64,000 nucleotides of DNA from the human T2T-CHM13v2.0 reference genome, Homo sapiens. The stretch's first letter is position 1. Every line of letters starts with the position of its first letter. Below are positions 1 through 14,795 of this stretch, in pieces. The stretch lies in the NCBI RefSeq assembly GCF_009914755.1, contig NC_060929.1; one strand, 5' to 3'. The notes below the pieces were generated by a model, which worked only from the letters and a program-made list of their open reading frames with translations, was not told the DNA's origin and made no database searches. A program made the translations under genes and the position numbers.

Positions 1-1229
1 TGAAATTAAATGAGTAGTTATCACATAGGGCAGAACTCCCTAATTTTATAGCCTAATGCCAAGGGAAATTTGGTTTATTATGCCATGTTTTAACCAGTTC
101 TGTCAAGCGGCCATATAAATACATAAGTCTTATAATAAGTTATAATTCAAAAAGCATAGATTTTGTTTGATGAGTAATTACTTTTATCCAGGTTACTAAT
201 GGCTAGTAAACAAGGATTTTTTAGGGAAATAATATTTTTCATGAAGTACTTTGAGTTAAGGGTTAATTTCTGGCCATGACTAATATAAGCCTGCCTGAGA
301 AAATGAGCTCAGAGTCCTGTTTCTTTAGAAATTACCAAATGAAGATAACAGTAGAATATGCTATTTGTCTTGCTCTCTGAGAAACCTTTGAGCTGTGGGG
401 CTTCTGGTCTAGGGGAGCTCTGGTTGCCATGCAGACCTTGGGCTCACATGCCTAGATCTGTACCTCTGTGTCATGGTGACCCACACTCACTCTGCCACTC
501 ATCTGCGGCAACTGCATTCTCCATGTGGGTGAATGTACACTGTGTGACACTAGTGTTTGCAGTGATGGGTAGAGATCAGATAGCCTCATTAACAATGTGT
601 TTAGAAGCCTGCAGCTTTGTACAGCAGTACATTGTAGGACGAGGCTTATTTTGTTGAGGCCATTGCCAATACTTGATGCAAAATAGGAGAAGCTGTTGCT
701 AATTGGTGAGTGTTGCATAATACAGAGGGAGGGATGGTAAACCAATGACATCAGTTCCCCTACTCCAATTCCCCAAAATTACCTCTTTTAATTTCTCCTT
801 GTGTGCCACTGATTGACTTAGGAAAGAAAAAATCAAGAAAATTTTTCCCTTAAGGAAGGCATTTTTATGTGTTGTGGCTCAGATCCTCTTCTAACACTGC
901 TATTTTTGTTAACATGCAAAACGTAGATTCAATAGATGCAAAGTGAATTGTGTTGACTTTTTTTTATTTTATTTATATTGTCTGTGCATGCGTTTTTTTA
1001 AATTTAGTTGTCTAGCATACCTTTTTGTTTATATTTTACCAATGTTTGTACTTTACAAACATATCTGAAGGCCCAATGCAGCTATTTTTAAGGATCAGGT
1101 GTGAAATGAAAAGTTTCTAGGCTTGGGTCAAAGGAAAATTCTGATAAGGTTAAAGATGAGGGAGGAAAGCCATCTTGTGGATGCTTTCACTGCATCAGTA
1201 CAACATGGGGTGTAGATGAAGGTTATTTA

Positions 1230-2555
1230 TACGATGAATGTCACCTATTAATATTAATAGGCTTTAAATAAGTTGGTAGCTTAACCTGTTTTCTTCTATT
1301 GTGCATCATTTGTGGCAAATTCAAGTGCAGCAATGGTTCCAGCAAAATTGAAAAGACACCTGCACAATTATATGATAAGAAAAGTTGAGAGTTATATTAA
1401 AAGGTGATTACCACTAACAAACAAATGGAGCAAAGCTTTCATTTAAAAAAAAAAGAACATTTAACAAAAGGTTCAGGGCACAAGATTCTTAGTAGCATAT
1501 CTTATTATTCAGAAAAGGAAAACTCACAATATTGGTGAGAAACTAATAATGTCAACATGACAAATTATAGTGAATAAATCCTTGAACAGGATGTAAAAAA
1601 TAAATAGAAGAGGATCCTCTCTGTCAGAGTACAGTAAGTTAATGTACAACCAGACTCTGTATTTATGGGTTCCACGTTTGTGGATTCAACCAACCACAGA
1701 TAAAAAAATATTTTTTTCAAATTGCTCTCATACTGAACATATACAGACATTTTTCTTGTCATGATTCCCTAAACAGTATAGGATAACAATTGTTTACATA
1801 GGATTTACTTTGTGTTGGGTATTTTAAGTAATCTAGAGATTATTATAATATATGGAAAAATGTGCAAGGTTATATGCAAATACTACATGACTTATGCATC
1901 CTCGAATTTTGATATCCACTGGATGTCCTGGAACCAATCCCCCGAGATAGCGAGGGACAACTGTATTGATGACATGTCACATAATGCCAAAGCTCTTTCA
2001 TGTAAAAACTCAAAAATCACAGCTTCTGTATTCAGTTATGATTAGTCAACATATTTTAATGATATGTATTTTGTTGAAGCAATGGTAAGATTGGTAAAGG
2101 GTGGTAAAATTGAATAAAACATTTTCTGCCACAAAGAGCTGCCTAAAACAAGAAAAGGCCATGATCTACGTAATGTTTTTACTTCTACCCGGAATTCAGA
2201 TCTCTCAGAGAGACCGTGCTGCCATCTATTCCTACTGTGCTCCAGCAGTAACTGGTTCAATGGCAATTTTTCTTCTCCTGTAAGAAGAGAAAAGGCTTTG
2301 TTTTCACAATACACTGCTTTCTTCACAGGGAAGTGATCATGTCAAAATCTCTTAGAAATGACATTTAAAAATTATGGATGATGCCAGAGAAATGGTCAAT
2401 GTTATTAAACAAAGGTCAATTCATCTGAGATTTAAGGAAAAAAAATGAGACAACCTAGGCAAAGAGCACATAAATCTCCTGATACATTTCCAAAATCTGG
2501 TGATTTAGCAGGGTAAGAGTTTTAACAGCGTGTTTGAGTTGAAGAGTAAATTAAA
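1230..2555 (+). mobile_element. Fossil hAT DNA transposon (Charlie/Buster type), N-terminal and catalytic part of transposase; interrupted by MER2
   Basis: Hand translation gives hAT motifs in order: LCIICG (1299-1316), SSAAMVPAKLKRHLH (1321-1365), KRKTHNIGEKLI (about 1513-1548), CAPAVTG (about 2236-2256), HCFLHRE (2312-2332), SRVRVL..VFELK (about 2507-2544). Frameshifts and stops present; start approximate. Confidence 0.85.
1647..1963 (-). mobile_element. MER2 (Tigger-derived TcMar non-autonomous element)
   Basis: Matches MER2 motifs (gggttccac..tggattcaaccaacc; ggaaccaatccccc..gagggacaactg) and is flanked by TA dinucleotides at 1645-1646 and 1964-1965. Confidence 0.9.
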
Positions 2556-3014
2556 GATGGTCAGATCAAGTGGCAGAAAATCAGTAAGGACACAGCTGAA
2601 CCCAACAATGCTATCAATCAGCTGGATATAATGGGCATGTACAGACTACTTCATTCAACAACAGCAGGAATACACATTCTTTTCAGGCTCCCATGGGACG
2701 TTCATCAAGCTAGGCCATATTCTGGGCGATAAAACATACCTTATCAAATTTAAAATAATAGAAATGATACAATGTCTGCTTTCAGACCTCTATGGAGTTA
2801 ACTAGTAATCAATAACAGACAACATAAAAATCATAAAATACATGGAGATTAAACAACACACTTCTAAACAATAAATGGGTCAAGGAAGAAATATCAAAAG
2901 AAAAATTAAAATATTTTGAACTAAGTAAAAATGAAAACATGACTTATCAAAATTTGTAGAATGCAGAAAAAGCAGTGCTTAAAGGGAAATTTGTGTCATT
3001 GAATGCAGATATTA

Positions 3015-3374
<360 letters not shown>

Positions 3375-4169
3375 CTAGAAAAAGAAGAACAAACTAAATC
3401 CAAGGTGAGCAGAAAAAAAAGAAATAATACACATTAGAGAATAAATTAATGAAGTTGAAACCAGGAAATCAATAAATAAAGTTGACAAAACCAAAAATTG
3501 GCTCTTTGAAAAGATCAATAAATGTGATAAGTTTCTAGCCAGGCTAACTACTTACTGGCTAGAAACTAAAAGCACAAATTACTAATATCAGAAATGACAG
3601 AAGGGACATCACTACATAAGTGAAAGTATCATAAAGGAATAACATTAACAACTTTAGGGCCACAAGTTTGATAACTAAAATGACATGGACAAATTCCTGG
3701 AAAGATACAATCTGCAAAAACTCACAGAAGAAGAAATAAATGATCTAAATAGATCTACATTATTAAAGAAATTGAATCAAGAATTAATAATCTTCCAAAA
3801 CAGAAAATATTAGGCCCAGATAGGTTCGCTGGTGAATTCTACCAAATATTTATGGTAGAAATTATATCAATTCTCTTCAATATTTTTCAGAAAATAAAAA
3901 CATAGGGAATGCTTCCTCATTTATTCTATGAGGACAGAATTTCGCTAACACCATAACCAGACAAAAATTACAAGAAAACTATAGACAATATCTCTCTTGA
4001 ACATAGATGCAAAAACTCCTCAAAAACTTTGGCAAATCATATCCAACAATGTATACAAAGAATTGTACACCATAACCAATTAGTGTTTATCCCAGGTAGG
4101 TGAGGCTGATTCAACATTCAAAAAGAATTAATGTAATTCATCACATCAATAGGCTAAAGAAGAAAAATT

Positions 4170-4501
<332 letters not shown>

Positions 4502-6105
4502 TCATAATTTTTAAAGAAATCTTAATAAACTAGAAATAGAGGGGAGCTTCCTCAACTTGATAAAGAATATTTTTTAGAAACTGACAGCTAACATATTTAA
4601 TAGTGAGAAACTAGAAACTGTCTCACCAAGACCACGAACAAGGTAAGGATGTTCCCTCTTACCACACCCTTTCAACATTATACTGGAAGTCCTAGATAAT
4701 GCAATAAAACAAGGAAAGGAAATAAATGGTATATAGATTTAGAAGGAAGAAATAATCTTTTTTAGCGGATAATATGATTGCATATGTCAAAAATTTGAAA
4801 AAATGACAAAAATTCTTCTGGAACAAATAAATGGCTATAACAAGACTGCACAATATATAAGGTTCATTTACTAAAAAAAAAGTTGCTTTTCTACATACCA
4901 GCAATGAATAAGTAATATTTGACATTAAAAACACATAAAAGAAAAATTACAAAACTCTGTTGAGAAAAATCAAAGAACCAAATAAATGAAGAACTATTCC
5001 ATACTCATAGGTAGGAAGACTCAATATTGCCAAGTTGTCCTTACTTTCCAATTTGATCTATAGGTTCAGTACAATCCCAGTCAAAATCACCCGAAGTTAT
5101 TTTGTGGATATTGAAAAACTAATTCTAAAGTTTATATGGACAGGCAAAAGACCCAGAATGACCAACACAATACTGAAGAATTTGTGTTGGAGAATTGACA
5201 CTAACTGATTTCAAGACTTACTATAAAGATACTGTAATAAAGACTGGGACATTGTTAAAAGAACAGATAAATATATGAGTGAACGAGAATAGAATAGACC
5301 CACGTGAATATCATCGACTAATCTTTGACAAAGAAGAACAAGTGATATGGAGAAAAGATAGTTGTTTTAACAAAATGGAACTGGAAAATTTAGATATTCA
5401 TGTGCAAAAAAAAAAAAAATGAATCTAGACACGGATCTTAAACCCTTCACAAAAATTAACTTAAAATGGGTCACAGATCTTTATTAGTAATTTCTGAAAG
5501 TTAGAGGCAGCCAAGATGTCCTTCAGTAGGTAACCTAATAAATCAACTGTGATACATCCAGACAATGGAATATTATTCAGTGATTTAAAAATGAGCTATC
5601 AAGTCATAAAAAAGACATGAAGGAAACTTAAATGCATATTACTAAGTGAAAGAAGCCAATCTGAAAAGGCTACGTACTGTATGATTCCAACTATATGACA
5701 CTCTGGAAAAGGCAAAACTGTGTCGACAGTAAAAAGATTAGTGGTTGCCAGGACTTGGAGGCTTGGAGTTATGAATATGCAGAGTACAGAGGATTTTTAG
5801 GACATTGAAAATACTCTGTATTTTATTATAGTGGTGGATACATGTCTTTTAACATTTGTCTAAGCTCAAAGAATGTATAATACTACGGGTAAATCCTAAT
5901 GCAAACTATGGACTTTAGGTGATAATGGTATGTCAACATAGGTTCATCAACGGTAATGCATGTACCACTCTGGTGGGGGATGTTGATAATGGAGGAGGCT
6001 ATGCATGTGTGGGGAAATGGGGTATATGGAGTATCTCTTTACCCTCCTCTCAGTTTTGCTGTGAACCTAAAACTACTCTTTAAAAAATATTTTAAGTGAA
6101 TTAAA

Positions 6106-6760
6106 ATAGTACCTTCAAAATATGGGAGGCCAGATTTTGAACAAAATATCTGTGAAAGCCAGTAACTTAGCAGACTTTTTTTAATAACATGAGCCAATTG
6201 AACAAGTTTTTGCAAACCACTGAAGAAAATGTTTTGACTTCACTTAACAAATTTGTTAGCTCAAAACAAAATAGAATCTTTAGGGGAAAAATGCAGCAAA
6301 AGGAAATCTTAAAAGGCTTCCACAGCTTCTTGGGATTGAGAGTGGGAAAGATATCAGCAAGTCTCAAGTCATATAAAAAAACCACCTGGAAAAACTGAAA
6401 AACAAATCTAGATGGTGGTTTCCTTCACATTCAACATAAATGTATGGTTAGGTCAGGGATCATTTTTCTTAATCTTATGCTGATACTGACTTTGAGCAAG
6501 AGAAAGCACTTTATGAGATGCAGCTAATCACACATTCAGGATAAGATTTCTTGATTTTTACCCTAGATGAGTTCTAGATTTCTGTGAAAGAAGCATTTCT
6601 TGCCATTTGTAAGAAAACAGTGGACATTTTTGCTGTGGTTTTCAACCTCTTTCATGTGGGAGGAACAGTTTGCTTACTTATAAAAATCAAGAGCAAGAGC
6701 AGAATAAACTCATTTCAGTAGAAAATGAAATCTTTGTGTAGTTGTGTCATGTTTGATTCA
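6106..6760 (+). mobile_element. Fossil hAT transposon, C-terminal part (continuation of 1230-2555)
   Basis: LADFF/NNMSQLNKFLQ (6167-6215), then hATC dimerisation-like EF*ISVKEAFLAI..LLWFSTSFMWE..IKSKSR..VENEIFV (about 6570-6740). Confidence 0.8.
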
Positions 6761-8686
6761 TAATTGAATGAAATAAACTGATCATTAACTATGTACAGGT
6801 TTCATGTGAGAGAGTAACATATTTTTAGTTTAAGTTTCAAAAACAGTGTTTTATATGCATGTATAAGTTAAACAGACATCATTTAAAGATACATATGTTA
6901 AAATCACACAATATTAAAATATTTAATATTATTAACCCCGAGGTACGTATGTGAACCTCATCATGTTACCCACAAAGATATTATTTTTACAAAGTCCTAT
7001 ATGAAATTTTGTCTTTGGCCACATTTAATTCATATTTATTTGCTTACTATTTATTAGTATTACTATTTATACTTTGCCAATACATTTTAATGCAATAAAT
7101 CAATTTACTTTATTTTAAATATAATGGGCATAATTGTAAAAACTAAAATTTCACTTTGGCTTAAGTCAGTTATTTAACAAATTTATTTGTCTTGTGGATT
7201 TTCAAGTTTTATGAAAATAGAAAGATTTCATGAAAGTAAGCTAAGTCTCCAATATACAAAGCAAAAACTGAAAGAATTTTTAAATTGACAATTCAACAGT
7301 GTTAACTGGGGACTTTAGTACCTCATTCTAAATAATGTGTACACCAAAAAAAGGATATAGAAATAACATCCATCTTTATAGAGCATTCTAGGCAATAAGC
7401 GGAATTTATATTCTACTGAAGCACAAATTGAACATTCTACTTGGATAGACTACATGCTACGCCATAAAATAAGTTGCAATAAATAGAGGACTAAAATCAA
7501 GCAAAGAATATTTTCCAACCACAACAGAATTAAATTTGAAATCAACAACAGAAGGAAATTTTGGAAGTTTGTGAATGTGTGGATATTAATAACACACTCC
7601 TAAATAACCAATACAAAACAGAAGAAATGATAAGATAAATTAGAAAATACTGTAAGATGAATTAAAACAAAATTACAGCATGCTAAAAATATGAGATACA
7701 ACTAAATCAGTGTTTAGATAGAAATCTGTAGTTTTAAACACTTATATTTAAAGAGAAGGTAGATCTTAAAATAACTTCTACCATATGAAACTGGAAAAAA
7801 AAAAGAAGAGCTAACTAAACTCGAAGCAAGTTAAACAGAGGATGTACTAAGGACAAGAGAAGAAATAAATGATACAGATAATATAAAAAGAATAAACTTT
7901 TAAAAAATGGTACTTCTAAAGATCAACAAAACTGATAAAACTTCAACTAGATTGACCAAGATTAAAAAAGAGAAAACATGAACCACTAAATTAGAAACAA
8001 AAGACAGGAACATCACTAATTATCTTAAAGAAATAATAACATATTAGTAACATGTTACTATGAACAACTATTTGTCAAGAAATTAGATGATTCTGATGAA
8101 ACGGTCAAATTTATAGAAGGACACAAATAATCTAAACGGACTCAAGAAGAAACAGGAAATCTAAATAGATCTATATAGCAAGTAAAGAGATTAAGTAATT
8201 ATATATATAACAGCAAAGAAAATTTTAGGACCAGAGGACTTCACTGTTGAATTCTATAAAACACAAAAGACTAATGAATAGCAATCCTTCCAAAACTCTT
8301 CGTCCAAACAGAAAAGGAGGCAACATATCTCAAGTCAATTTATTGAAACCAGTATTATTCAAATTCCAAAAACAAAGACATCACAAGAAAGCAAAATACA
8401 GATTAATTTCTTATAAATGAAGTGCAAAAATCCTAAATAAATTACTAGCAAACTCAATCCAGCAACACATAAAAACACCATGATCATGTGGGATTGATCT
8501 CAGGAATGCAAGACAGCTCAATATACGAAAATCAATCAATGTAATATATCACCTTAATAGAAGCAAAGGATAAAAAACACCTGATTATCTCAAGAGATAC
8601 AGTATTTTACAAAATTCAATGCCCTTTCATGATTAAAACAACAACATTCAACAAATTAGGAAAAGAAGCGAACTTCCTCAACCTAA

Positions 8687-9405
<719 letters not shown>

Positions 9406-9757
9406 TGCTGTTAAACTTTTTAACTGGAGAGCCTAATCACAGCAATTGGGTAAGAAAATGAAATAAAGGCATCCATTGTCTTGTATACAGAAAATCCTAA
9501 GGAATCCACAAAAATAATTACTAGAGCTAATAAACCCGTTTGCCAAAGTTTCCTGACAATATACAAAAAATAGTGATATTTTTATACACTTGCAATGAAG
9601 CATCCAAAAATAAAACTAAAAACACAATTCCATTTATAATGGCATTAAAAGGATAAAAGACTCAGGGATAAATTTAACAAAATAATTGTAAACTGTGTCC
9701 ACAATTAAGAATTAAGTTTTTTAACTAATTAAGGATTAAGTTTTTAAAATATTGTTG

Positions 9758-10375
9758 AGTTTTAGGGTACATGTGCACAATGTGCAGGTTAGTTACATAT
9801 GTATACATGTGCCATGCTGGTGTACTGCACCCATTAACTCGTCATTTAGCATTAGGTATATCTCCTAAAGCTATCCCTCCCCCCTCCCCCCACCCCACAA
9901 CAGTCCCCAGAGTGTGATGTTCCCCTTCCTGTGTCCATGTGTTCTCATTGTTCAATTCCCACCTATGAGTGAGAACATGTGGTGTTTGGTTTTTTGTTCT
10001 TGTGATAGTTAACTGAGAATGATGATTTCCAATTTCATCCATGTCCCTGCAAAGGACATGAACTCATCATTTTTTATGGCTGCATAGTATTCCATGGTGT
10101 ATATGTGCCACATTTTCTTAATCCAGTCTATCATTGTTGGACATTTGGGTTGGTTCCAAGTCTTTGCTATTGTGAATAGTGCCGCAATAAACATATGTGT
10201 GCATGTGTCTTTATAGCAGCATGATTTATAATCCTTTGGGTATATACCCAGTAATGGGATGGCTGAGTCAAATGGTATTTCTAGTTCTAGATCCCTGAGG
10301 AATCACCACACTGACTTCCACAAGGGTTGAACTAGTTTACAGTCCCACCAACAGTGTAAAAGTGTTCCTATTTCT
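9758..10375 (-). mobile_element. Young L1PA 3' fragment lacking poly(A)
   Basis: Near-consensus agttttagggtacatgtgcacaatgtgcaggttagttac...aaaagtgttcctatttct. Confidence 0.95.
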
Positions 10376-10434
10376 GCCTGGGAACAAAGAGAGAGCCCCG
10401 TTGCATTGTGGGCTGTTGGCCAGATCTCGCAATA
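10376..10434 (+). mobile_element. Short ERVK-class LTR terminal fragment (MER9B-like, tentative)
   Basis: gcctgggaacaaagagagagccccgttgcattgtgggctgttggccagatctcgcaata resembles a recalled LTR U5 end; family uncertain. Confidence 0.5.
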
Positions 10435-10815
10435 AAATTGGAGGACTCAAACTTCCCAAATTCAAAACTTACGTCAAAGATAGAGTTAATGAAGCATAAA
10501 GCATACATAAAGCACAAATGAAAAAGAAAAAAACTAGATAATTTAGATAAACAGAACTTTGTCAAACTTAAAACCCTTTCTGTTTTAAAGGACAATATCA
10601 ATACAGTTAAAAGACAACACACAGAATGGGACAAAATATTGCAAATTATATATCTGAGAAGAAACTTGTATTGGAATGTATAAATGATTCTTGCAACTTG
10701 GCAATACAAAGACAATCAATCCAATTTTAAAATGGTCAGAGAACCTTACTTGACATTTCTTCAAAAGAGATATGCAAATGGTCAATACACACAAGAATGA
10801 TGCCCAAAATATTAC
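10435..10815 (+). mobile_element. Old L1M ORF2 continuation
   Basis: ggaggactcaaacttccc (GGLxLP-like), aaagacaac..cagaatggga, ttcttcaaaagagatatgcaaatgg. Confidence 0.8.
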
Positions 10816-10816
10816 T

Positions 10817-10904
10817 TGATATAGTTTGGATGTTTGTCCCCTCCAACTATCATGTTGAAATGTAATCCCCAGTGTTGGTAGTGGGATCTGGTGGGAGGTG
10901 TTTT
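10817..10904 (+). mobile_element. MST-type MaLR LTR 5' fragment
   Basis: tgatatagtttggatgtttgtcccctcc..catgttgaaatgtaatccccagtgttgg. Confidence 0.85.
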
Positions 10905-11689
10905 TACACTGAAATCAGCTATATTTATTTTGTATCCACTTTTCATGAGCTTGAAAAAGTGTCTGGTTCTTAAATGTTTTCTGACATTCAATTTTGGTCA
11001 TACATTCAATATTTCTACCTGGGTAGCAACATAACATAATTAGAATAGATTACTTTTTAATGTTTTCAATTGAATACATAATACAGAAAAGTATGTATAA
11101 GATATGTCAAGTATAAAGAAACATAATGGAAAACATTCACATGCCCATCCTGTTTTTTAAAAAATATTTATGTAATCTTTAGAGTTCCTTGCATTCTTCC
11201 TCATCCTATATTTCATCTACAATTTTTGCAGTATTTTTTCAAGTTTTTGTGTAGTGTTCACATTATTGTTCCCTTCTGTAAATTCATAAAGATAATCTCC
11301 TGTATTAACTTTCAAAGATTGTACAATTTTTTGTTTTATGTTTAAATGTTTATGATTTATGTTTAAATCTCCAATTGCCCAAAATAGTTGTTTGTATATT
11401 TTATGTAGCATGGGACTTGATCTTATTTTTCCCTACCCAACTAACCATTGTTTTAGTAACATTTATTGAAAATTCCATTTTCCACTTATCTGCAATATCA
11501 GCTATTTTCTAAATCACTTCCACGTTCATATTTAATCAGTGAATATGTTTATTCCTATACCAACACTACATTCAATAGTTATATTAATATACTTTATAGA
11601 GTTTTTTAAATATCTGATAAAACAAGTCTCCTGCTTACACATAGCTTATTGGTTCACATTCAAGAATTGCATTGCCAATCTCTTTGGCA

Positions 11690-14135
11690 TGTTGACTTCC
11701 TTTCTTTTGGATATACACCCAGCAGTGGGATTGCTGGGTCATATGGTACCTCGAATTTTAATTTTCTGAGAAACCCTCATGCTGTTTTCCATAGTGGCTA
11801 AACTAATTTATATTTCCACCAACAGTGTACAAGGATTCCCCATTCTCCAGATCTTCATCAGCTTCAATATTGCCTGTCTTTTGGATCTGAGCCATTTTAA
11901 CTGGGGTGAGATGATATCTTAATGTAGATTTGATTTGTATTTCTCTGATTAATGATGCACTGTTCATATACCTGTTGGTCACTCATATGTCTTTTTTGAG
12001 AAAAGTCTATTCAGATCTTTGTCCATTTTAAATCAGATTATTTGATATTTTCCTATTGAGTTGTCTGAACTCCTTATATATTCTATCAATCCATTGTCAG
12101 ATGACTAGTTTGCAGATATTTTCTCCCATTCTGTGGGTTGTCTCTTGCCTTTAATTGTTTCCTTTACTGTGTAGAGGCTTTTTAAATTTATGTGAGTCCA
12201 TTTGTCTATTTTTGTTCAGTTAACTATGCTTTTGAGGTGTTACACAAAAAATCTTTGCCCAGTTTCCTGAAGAGTTTCTCCAATGTTTTCTTTTAGTAAT
12301 TTTATAGTTTCAGGTGTTAGATTTAAGTATTTAATCCATTTTGATTTGATTTTTGTGTACAGCAAGAGATAAGAGTCTAGTTTTATTCTTCTGCATATGG
12401 ATATCCAGTTTATGCAACAGTATTTATTAAAGAGACTGTCCTTTCCCCGGTGTATGTTCTTGGCACCTTTGTTGAAAATGAATTCTTTGTAGATGTGTGG
12501 ATTTATTTCTGGGTTCTCTATTCTGTTCCAATAGTCTATGAGTCTGTTATTATGACAGTGACATATTGTTTTGATTACTATAGCTCTGCAGTATATAATT
12601 TGAAATCGAGTAATGTGTTTCCTTCAGTTTTGCTATTTTTATTCAAGATGGTTTTGGCTATTCTGGGTCTTTTGTGGTTCCATATAAATTTTAGGATTGT
12701 TTTTCCTATTTATTTGAGGAATGTCATTGGTATTTTGATAGGAATTGCACTGAATCGGTAGATTGGTTTGTGTACTATGGACATTTTAACAATATTGTTT
12801 CTTCCAATCCATGAACATAGACTATCATTCCATTTGTGTGCGTGTTTTCTTCTTTTCTTTCATAATGTTTTATAGTTTTCTTTGTAGAGCTCTTTCATTT
12901 ATTTGGTTAAGTTTATTCCTTGGTATTTTATTTACAGCTTTTATAAATGGTATTACTTTCATGATTTCTTTTTCAGATTGTTCACTGTTGGCATATAATA
13001 TAGAAATGCTCTGAATGCCTGGAGATCTGCCTGGTTGTGCAGCAGAGAAAGACCCCTTGCACCCTTTCTGCACAGAAATGGTAGAGGGCCTCATGTTGCT
13101 AGTCCATGTGAATGTGTGCTTCAAATGCCTGGAGATCTGTCTGGGTGTGAAGTGGAGAGGGCTCCACTGCACCATGATCTATGCACAGGAAGGGTGGATG
13201 GCTTATGCTGCTGATTTGAGTGAGGGAGTGCTCCAAATGCCTGGAGATCTGCCTGGGTGTGGAGTGAAGAGGACATCACTGCACCACAATCTATGTATAG
13301 CAAGAGTGGGACAGCTCAGGCTGCTGTTCCAGGGAAGTGTGCGCTCCTAATGCTTGGAGTTCTGTCTGGGGGTGGAGTGAAGAGGGCCTTGCTACTCTAC
13401 CGTATCAGGGGAGCAGGCTGAGGTACCCAGCAATGACACATGCAGATCAGTTTCATATCTCCAAGCTGGCCCTGGCTGCAAGTCTCACCTTCGAGGAGAA
13501 ACTGCAGCCATTGCAGCACTCCTCCTGTCCCAGGCCTGAGATGGGAGAGAGCACAGTTCCAGTGCCTACTGCTGAGGTGCTTTCCACAATTCTGGCTGTG
13601 CAGGCCCCTAACCCGCTCTAGAGCAAGTGCTCCCATTTCTGGCCCAAGACAGAATGCCTGCATGGCCATTCTTTGTCTGGGTTGCCAAAGAGCAACTGAC
13701 TTTTTATGTCCCTTGGATTAACAATGGCACACTGCTCTAAATCCTGGGTCTGGGAAAATGCCTGCACCTTTTCCTGGTGTCTTTTTCTCTCAATGCCTCC
13801 AAGCCTCTCACCATCTTATCTCTCCAAGCCTTGAGAGAAACAAAATGCTCTCCATAGGCCTAGGTTGCTCCAGATCCCCAGAAAGAAGGTGAGTCACAGA
13901 GGAAGGCTCTCTGCCTCTCTCACATACTGGGACTTCAATCATTTTTATCAGCCAGATGCTGTGATGCGGGTTGTTTGCCTGGGTTCTGTTCCTTGGGATC
14001 TGGGGTGTCGTCCACAGTTCTGGTGGATTCTCATTTTCCATCTTGAATTAAAGCTCAAAGTGATCTTTATGCAATATCTTGCTATTTCCAAGTGTCTGAG
14101 GCATGCTAAAAACCTCTAATCAGCCATCTTATGGA
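11690..14135 (-). mobile_element. L1MA-type element: ORF2 3' part joined to GC-rich 5' UTR
   Basis: Antisense ORF2 at 11690-13010, then 5' UTR with about 110-bp repeats, ending at cagccatctt (AAGATGGC on the minus strand). Confidence 0.8.
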
Positions 14136-14139
14136 AAAA

Positions 14140-14795
14140 AGAAAAAAAAAACTTTCTTTCCTCCTTCCTTGCTTCTTATCACCCTTTGTTAAAAGTGATT
14201 TTCTCTGGTAGTGTTTTAATTTCTTGCTTTTTATTTTTAGTGTATCTGTTTTACGTTTTTGATTTGAGATCACCATGAGGCTTGCAAATAACATAACTGG
14301 CTACATTATTACTGATTACGACTTAATTCTGATTATAAAAAAACAAACAAAGGGAAAACTAAACAAAAAAATCTATACTTTTCATTCCATGCTCCCCCCA
14401 CCATTTTTTGACTTTTTGTTGTTTCTATCTTTTTGCACTACCTCTCTCTTAAAAAGTTGTAATTATTTTTGATAGGTTTGTCTTTTAGTCTTCCTACTCA
14501 AGATATGAGTGGTTTGCACACCACAGTTACAGTGTTAGAGTATTCTGTATTTGTCTATGTACTTATTGTTAACAGTGAGTTTTGTATCTGTGGATGATTT
14601 CTAATTGCTTGTTAACATCCATTTCTTTCAGATTGAAGATGTCCCTTTAGCATTTCTTGTAGAACTGGTCTGGTATTGACAAAATCCCCCAGCTTTTGTT
14701 TGTCTGGGAAGGAATTTTTGCCAGGTATAATACTCTAGGATAATTTTTTTTTCCTTCAGCACTTTGAATATGTCATGCTACTCCCTCCTGCCTAT
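14140..14795 (-). mobile_element. L1M ORF1/inter-ORF fragment
   Basis: tttagcatttcttgtag..ctggtctggt, ccttcagcactttgaatatgtcat. Confidence 0.8.

Noticed and set aside
358-751. Overlapping 99-aa ORFs on both strands
   Set aside because: No recognisable domain, no convincing splice context, and lengths compatible with chance.
13015-13400. Regularly spaced repeats resembling a CRISPR-like array
   Set aside because: Sequence between the cores is homologous rather than unique, the context is an L1 5' UTR in primate DNA, and there are no cas genes.
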